Source: an uncultured bacterium (lineage in GTDB: Bacteria; Bacillota; Bacilli; Lactobacillales; Streptococcaceae). From it: 60,041 nucleotides of DNA. The notes under the pieces were generated by a model, which saw only the letters and a list, made by a program, of their open reading frames with translations, was not told the origin of the DNA and did not search any database. Where the stretch lies: NCBI GenBank assembly GCA_963508345.1, contig CAUOWW010000001.1, positions 1 through 60,041 of the forward strand. The letters run 5' to 3'. The position numbers were made by a program, and so were the translations under genes. This document shows positions 54,837-60,041 of this stretch, piece by piece. The first letter of the stretch is position 1, and each line of letters opens with the position of its first letter.

Positions 54837-54947
54837 TTATCCCCAAAACCACGTTTCAAACCAGATAAGTGGAATCCAACTCCAAATCAAGGATATAATA
54901 AATCCAGAGTTTTTCGGTAAATTCTTCAAATATTTTTTAAATCCCAT
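54837..54947 (-). CDS. shp: Trp-rich peptide pheromone precursor for the adjacent Rgg (SHP1518-like)
   Basis: MGFKKYLKNLPKNSGFIISLIWSWIPLIWFETWFWG; RBS GGAGG; divergent from rgg. Confidence 0.85.
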   Translation of the reverse strand: MGFKKYLKNLPKNSGFIISLIWSWIPLIWFETWFWG

Positions 54948-54966
54948 GACTTTTTTCCTCCTTTTT

Positions 54967-55014
54967 TGATATAATAATACCACCTTTTTCTACGTTTTTT
55001 ATAAATGTAGAAAA
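54967..55014. promoter_or_regulatory. Overlapping divergent rgg/shp promoters with inverted repeat (candidate Rgg site)
   Basis: TGaTATAAT (+), TGgTATTAT (-), TTTTCTAC...GTAGAAAA inverted repeat. Confidence 0.55.
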
Positions 55015-55041
55015 TATTCACATTTGCCTAGGAGGAACAAT

Positions 55042-55893
55042 ATGAGATGGGATTATGGACAAATTTTTAAAGAAATTCGAAAGTCAAAAGGATTAACCCA
55101 ACAAGATGTATGTGGACAAGTCATACATAGAACAACTCTAACAAATATTGAACACGGTAAAGTTATTCCCAGTTTTGAAAACATGGTATTTCTTCTTGAA
55201 CAAATTGATATGAGCTTAGCAGAATTCAAGTATATATGCAACGAATACCATCCTAGTAAAAGACGAAACATTATTGTAGAGAGCCAAAATCCGTCTACTT
55301 TTCAAGATACTAGAAAAATGGTTGAACTCACTGAGAAGTGTCAAAAATATCTTAAGACACATCACAATGTTCCTATTCAAAATATCTATCGTCATACAAA
55401 AATTGTCACAGAGTTACGAACTAAAGGATTCAAAAACAACCACGTCTTGAAAGATTTGTATGAAGAAATTTGGGACTATCTTGAACCTATGGATACATGG
55501 TACATTAGTGATTTGAAATTGCTTGGAACCATTCTCTTTTTCTTTCCTTCTGAAAATCTTCTCCTTCTTATTGATAGAATTATGAAAACCATCGAGAAAT
55601 ATAAATACTTCCGAGAAACAAAAGTATTTTTATCATCTTTTTTAGCCAATCTCTCCACTGTATATTTTCAACATCATTTATTCAAAGAATGTGAAACAAT
55701 CACCCTACAACTTTTGGTATTAGCAGAAGAATTAAAAATATACGATATTCTTGGATTTTCTCAAGTACGCTTGGGAATACTACAACATAACTCCGATTTG
55801 ATTCATAAAGGAATAACTTTATTACAATTAACTAAAGAAGAGTCATTAGTTAAAATACTCGAAAAAGAAATTAATGATTTTTCAAACCTATAA
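55042..55893 (+). CDS. rgg: Rgg/GadR/MutR-family transcriptional regulator (Rgg1518-like)
   Basis: YGQIFKEIRKSKGLTQ HTH, DTWYISDLKLL Rgg motif; ATG at 55042 after GGAGG. Confidence 0.9.
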   Translation: MRWDYGQIFKEIRKSKGLTQQDVCGQVIHRTTLTNIEHGKVIPSFENMVFLLEQIDMSLAEFKYICNEYHPSKRRNIIVESQNPSTFQDTRKMVELTEKCQKYLKTHHNVPIQNIYRHTKIVTELRTKGFKNNHVLKDLYEEIWDYLEPMDTWYISDLKLLGTILFFFPSENLLLLIDRIMKTIEKYKYFRETKVFLSSFLANLSTVYFQHHLFKECETITLQLLVLAEELKIYDILGFSQVRLGILQHNSDLIHKGITLLQLTKEESLVKILEKEINDFSNL

Positions 55894-56147
55894 TTTGTAA
55901 TAACTCTCATCATTTTATTATAGCAAATCGAAATAGAATGCGAACAAATCAATTAGGGGATCTAAAGCATTTTATTCCAATGTTTTATAAGTTGTGTTGT
56001 ATTGTATTGTATTATATTATTTCATATTCAATCCACTATACAAGATGAATATTTCTCTCAAGTTTCATAATCAAAATAAAAACGACTGTATCTATAGCCG
56101 CATAAATAAATCATAGATATAGTCATTTTTTAGTTCCTACCCTTTTC

Positions 56148-56210
56148 TTAATTCACACCTTTAGACTTCCCTAGTTCCCGTCTCAAGCGAAGCATTTTTT
56201 TGAATATAAT
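56148..56210 (-). pseudogene. C-terminal remnant of a third paralog of the 56.5-57.3 kb membrane proteins
   Basis: Translates IIFKKMLRLRRELGKSKGVN*, nearly the C-terminus of 56948-57283. Confidence 0.75.
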
Positions 56211-56213
56211 ACT

Positions 56214-56501
56214 TTAATTGCCAAAAATTGGCAAAAGAGCAAATAGAATAAATAGGTTAATCCAAAGAGAAAAACAGCAGATCAATCCAAAAACAAAGAG
56301 ATTGACTTTCTTGGACAGCAAAGCCATCAAAATGGACAGAATACCAAAAACCAGCAAAATTTTCTGCATACTGAAGAGATTGATAGATATTCCCAGAACT
56401 GGTTTATCCCAAGGAAGAAAGAAGAAACCAAACCAGATAAGTAGAACTAAACCAATATAAACCTTGGAATAGCGTGTAATAAATGATTTTAGATGTGCCA
56501 T
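56214..56501 (-). CDS. Small 3-TM membrane protein, copy 2
   Basis: Paralog of 51914-52201 at offset 4300 bp. Confidence 0.75.
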   Translation of the reverse strand: MAHLKSFITRYSKVYIGLVLLIWFGFFFLPWDKPVLGISINLFSMQKILLVFGILSILMALLSKKVNLFVFGLICCFSLWINLFILFALLPIFGN

Positions 56502-56534
56502 AAGCTACCTCCTATAAATAAAAACCGATATAAA

Positions 56535-56882
56535 TCAATGCCTTTCGCCTTTAGATTGTCCTAGTTCCCGTCTCAAGCGAAACATGTTTTTGAAAAAGAT
56601 ATAATCTAACCAGTCACTGCCTAGAGATAAGACTATCAAAAGCAACCAAACACCCCAAGTACTAGCATCTGATTCATGTTTCAGAACATGAGGGAAAAAT
56701 AAGAATGAAAAAATTGTCATATCCATGCTAAGCAGAGCTAAAAGGGAAATATAAATCCAGTAAAAATAGTAGAAGATGGGGAAAATTTTACTGTTTCTGT
56801 CAGCATTGTCTATCCAATAGAAAAAATATAAACAAGGAAATAAGAGTATCAAATGAAACCAATTAAACGACAGTTTCATCAT
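56535..56882 (-). CDS. Small aromatic-rich membrane protein
   Basis: RNSKIFPIFYYFYW and RLRRELG motifs shared with neighbour; RBS GAGGAGG. Confidence 0.7.
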   Translation of the reverse strand: MMKLSFNWFHLILLFPCLYFFYWIDNADRNSKIFPIFYYFYWIYISLLALLSMDMTIFSFLFFPHVLKHESDASTWGVWLLLIVLSLGSDWLDYIFFKNMFRLRRELGQSKGERH

Positions 56883-56947
56883 CGACACCTCCTCTTTGAA
56901 ATTGTTTTCTTTAGTTTCGTTCTATTAAATGTTATTACTAATATAAA

Positions 56948-57283
56948 TCAATGCTTGCCGCCTTTAGACTTCCCTAGTTCTCGTCTCAAGCGAAGCATTT
57001 TTTTGAAACAGAAATAAGTTGACCTATTCAGACCAATAGCTAGCAGAATAAAAAGAAACCAAATGCCCCATAACTTGATATCTGTCACATTTCTCAAGAC
57101 GATATTGAAAAACAGAACTGAAACAACTGTCCAAGCAAGGCTAAAAAGAGAATAGAGGGGGATGTAAACCCAGTAAAAATAGTAAAAAATTGGGAAAAAT
57201 TTACTATTTCTGTTGGCTTTTTCAATCCAGTTATCAAAATAAAAGTAAGGTGCTAAAAATAAGAATTTAAACAAATGTTTCAT
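56948..57283 (-). CDS. Small aromatic-rich membrane protein, paralog of 56535-56882
   Basis: RNSKFFPIFYYFYW and RLRRELGKSKG. Confidence 0.7.
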   Translation of the reverse strand: MKHLFKFLFLAPYFYFDNWIEKANRNSKFFPIFYYFYWVYIPLYSLFSLAWTVVSVLFFNIVLRNVTDIKLWGIWFLFILLAIGLNRSTYFCFKKMLRLRRELGKSKGGKH

Positions 57284-57366
57284 CAGCGGCACCTCTTTTT
57301 GATAGCGTTTTCTTCACCTTCATTCTATCAAAAAAATCTGGAAATGTCATTCCAGATTCTACTTTT

Positions 57367-58677
57367 TTATTTACGTTTTCTTGCGATGAGGTGAATCGGT
57401 GTTCCTTCAAAGACAAAGGCCTTACGGATTTGATTTTCCAAGAAACGCAGGTAAGAAAAGTGCATAAGTTCTTCTTCGTTTACAAAGATAACAAAGGTTG
57501 GTGGTTTGGTTGCCACTTGGGTCGCGTAGAAAATCTTAAGACGTTTCCCTTTGTCTGTTGGTGTTGGGTTGATGGCAATGGCATCCATGATGACATCGTT
57601 CAAGACAGCTGATGGAATACGTGTGTTTTGACTCTCGCTGATTTGCTTAATCATTTCAGGAAGTTTGTGGAGACGTTGCTTGGTCAAAGCTGATACAAAG
57701 ATAATCGGTGCGTAAGGCAGGTATTGGAACTGCTCACGGATATCTTCTTCCCAGTTTTTCATAGTGTGGTTGTCTTTTTCAAGTGTATCCCACTTGTTGA
57801 CCACGATAATCATCCCTTTACCAGCTTCATGGGCAAATCCTGCTATACGCTTGTCATATTCACGGATACCTTCTTCCGCATTGATAACCATCAAGACCAC
57901 ATCTGAACGGTCAATAGCACGCATGGCGCGCATGACAGAGTATTTCTCGGTATTTTCATAAACCTTACCAGACTTACGCATACCAGCCGTATCAATCATG
58001 GTAAACTCTTGACCATCTGTATCTGTAAAGTGGGTATCAATAGCGTCACGCGTTGTTCCAGCAACAGGACTAGCAATGACACGGTCTTCTCCCAAAATAG
58101 CGTTAATCAAGCTTGATTTTCCAACATTTGGACGACCAATCAGGCTAAACTTAATCACATCTGGATTTTCTTCCTCATATTCATTTGGAAGATTTTCTAC
58201 AATAGCATCTAGCACATCCCCTGTACCGATACCATGGACAGATGAGATAGGCAGTGGTTCACCCAAACCGAGGGCATAGAAATCATAGATATCGTTTCGC
58301 ATCTCAGGGTTGTCCACCTTGTTAACCGCGAGGATAACTGGTTTGTGAGTTTTATAAAGCTTACGGGCTACGTATTCGTCCGCATCGGTAATTCCTTCTT
58401 TACCAGACACGACAAAGACGATAACATCTGCTTCTTCCATGGCAATTTCTGCCTGGTGCTTGATTTGTTCCATGAAAGGAGCATCGACATCATCGATTCC
58501 TCCTGTATCAATCATGCTAAAGGAACGATTGAGCCACTCACCCGTTGCATAGATACGGTCACGTGTCACTCCTTCGACATCTTCTACAATGGAGATTCGC
58601 TCACCAGCGATCCGATTAAATAGGGTTGATTTCCCAACATTGGGACGTCCTACAATGGCAATAGTTGGTAGGGCCAT
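57367..58677 (-). CDS. der: Ribosome biogenesis GTPase Der (EngA)
   Basis: Two G domains (GRPNVGKS twice, DTGG/DTAG, NKxD). Confidence 0.98.
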
Positions 58678-58690
58678 AATTTCTCACTTT

Positions 58691-59404
58691 CTACAATAAC
58701 TTCTTCTGTTCAAGATTTTTTCTAGTTGAGCTTGGTTCAGCTTGACCAAACTGTTCTGCTAGGCGCTGACTCCAGCTTGTGGTCGCACGCGCTCCAGCAT
58801 AGTCAGCCTGTACACGGTCATAAGCCTCAATCACATCAACTGTTTGTTCCTGATATTCTTCCTCAAAAACCACCTGATGCAATGGCAAGCGAGGTTTGAC
58901 TTCGTGTTCTTCATTTGGTAAACCTAGTGCCATCCCAAAGACAGGATAGGTGTAGTCAGGCAGGTTAAAGAGCTCTGCCACTTCTTCTGACTTGTAACGC
59001 ACCAAGCCAATAATGACACCACCATAGCCCAAGCTTTCAGCTGCCAGCAAGGCATTTTGACCAGCAAGAGCCGCATCGACCGAACTAATCAAGAGACCTT
59101 CTACACATTGGGGTTGGAATGAATCGGTATGAAGTCGAGCTCCCTTTTCTGCACGGTTCAAATCTCCGACAAAAAGAAGAAAAACAGCAGACTGGCGAAT
59201 GGCTTCTTGAGGCACCAATTCATACAAGGCATCCTTCTTCTCTTGACTTCGTACTACAATCACAGAGTAGGATTGAAAATTCTTCCAAGACGAGGCCATC
59301 TGGGCTGCTGTCAGGATTTCAGTCAAGTCTTCTTGAGGAAGGACTTGCTCCTTAAATCTTCGAACAGACTTATGAGCTTTCATCAGTTTAATCGTTTCTG
59401 TCAT
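58691..59404 (-). CDS. NADPH-dependent nitroreductase/flavin oxidoreductase (NfrA-like)
   Basis: HKSVRRF, ASSWKNFQSYS, AAESLGYG..IG, KPRLP. Confidence 0.88.
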   Translation of the reverse strand: MTETIKLMKAHKSVRRFKEQVLPQEDLTEILTAAQMASSWKNFQSYSVIVVRSQEKKDALYELVPQEAIRQSAVFLLFVGDLNRAEKGARLHTDSFQPQCVEGLLISSVDAALAGQNALLAAESLGYGGVIIGLVRYKSEEVAELFNLPDYTYPVFGMALGLPNEEHEVKPRLPLHQVVFEEEYQEQTVDVIEAYDRVQADYAGARATTSWSQRLAEQFGQAEPSSTRKNLEQKKLL

Positions 59405-60041
59405 CGACGGTTTACTCCTTCTAAACGAGTCTCCTCAGCCAAATAACGGATGCGTTCCATGACGCGTCTGGCTTCCCAGGTTTCGTCATTTCCATGTTTC
59501 CCTTTAGCGAAATGCAGCTCCAATTCTTCAAAGTTGAAGTTGGAGGTGAAAAAGGTCGGTAAATTTTCCTGCATCCGATATTGGAGAATCACTTGCAGGA
59601 TTTCATCACGTACCCAAGCTGTTGATTGCTCGGCACCAATGTCATCTAAAATCAGGACTTCAGAAAGCTTAATCTCATCCACCAAGGTCTTAACATTACC
59701 ATCACCGATAGCATTTTTGACATCGATGACAAAGCTAGGATAGTGAAGGAGAGTGGATGAAACACCACGTTTTTCTGACAAATCATGGGCTAGGGCAGCA
59801 ACCATGAAACTTTTACCCACACCAAAGTCTCCATATAAATAAAGACCTTTTCGAATAGCTGGATATTGCTCCACGAAGGCTAATAGTTTTTCAAAAACTG
59901 GCAAGCGTCCCAAATCATCCAAATCTACTTGAGCTAAGCTAGCTTTCTTGAGACTGGCTGGCAGATTGATTAACTTAAGACGGTTTTTAATAGCCGCTTC
60001 TTTTTCTGCTGCGATTAGTTCAGGAGTTTCTTCATAAGAAA
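59401..60041 (-). CDS. dnaI: Primosomal protein DnaI (5' end outside window)
   Basis: GDFGVGKS Walker A, LILDDIGAE, TSN; frame open to the window edge. Confidence 0.93.
   Translation of the reverse strand, partial: SYEETPELIAAEKEAAIKNRLKLINLPASLKKASLAQVDLDDLGRLPVFEKLLAFVEQYPAIRKGLYLYGDFGVGKSFMVAALAHDLSEKRGVSSTLLHYPSFVIDVKNAIGDGNVKTLVDEIKLSEVLILDDIGAEQSTAWVRDEILQVILQYRMQENLPTFFTSNFNFEELELHFAKGKHGNDETWEARRVMERIRYLAEETRLEGVNRR

Noticed and set aside
55991..56025. Short degenerate (ATTGT)n pentamer run after rgg
   Set aside because: Few imperfect units in an AT-rich intergenic region; no link to a promoter or ORF

Overview
Chromosomal window from a mitis-group Streptococcus (S. oralis/S. mitis-like), largely collinear with the S. 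pneumoniae region from the FtsX-type ABC transporter to dnaI as I recall it. Most genes are on the minus strand. Core blocks: ABC transporter, gpmA, ileS with T-box, the dcw cluster (divIVA, ylmH, ylmG, sepF, ylmE, ftsZ, ftsA), murF, ddl, recR, pbp2b, a sialic-acid (nan) utilisation locus, recG, alr, acpS, two DAHP synthases, secA, der, a nitroreductase and partial dnaI. Most unusual: a 2053-aa LPxTG protein fusing two apparently intact trypsin-like serine protease domains to a complete NanA-type sialidase, with an HFS-motif domain before the anchor. It lies next to a second, conventional NanA, in a 7.5-kb unit bounded by two copies of the axe esterase gene. Also found: a RelBE-type toxin-antitoxin pair flanked by an exact 36-bp duplication of the nanR/nanK terminator; a TprA regulator whose phrA pheromone gene has a nonsense codon; ylmH truncated by a 19-bp tandem duplication; an Rgg/SHP-secreted protein-ABC island bounded by a duplicated membrane-protein gene; and several small ORFs missed by the ORF track. 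Gene names and pneumococcal comparisons come from recall of the families; no database searches were run.
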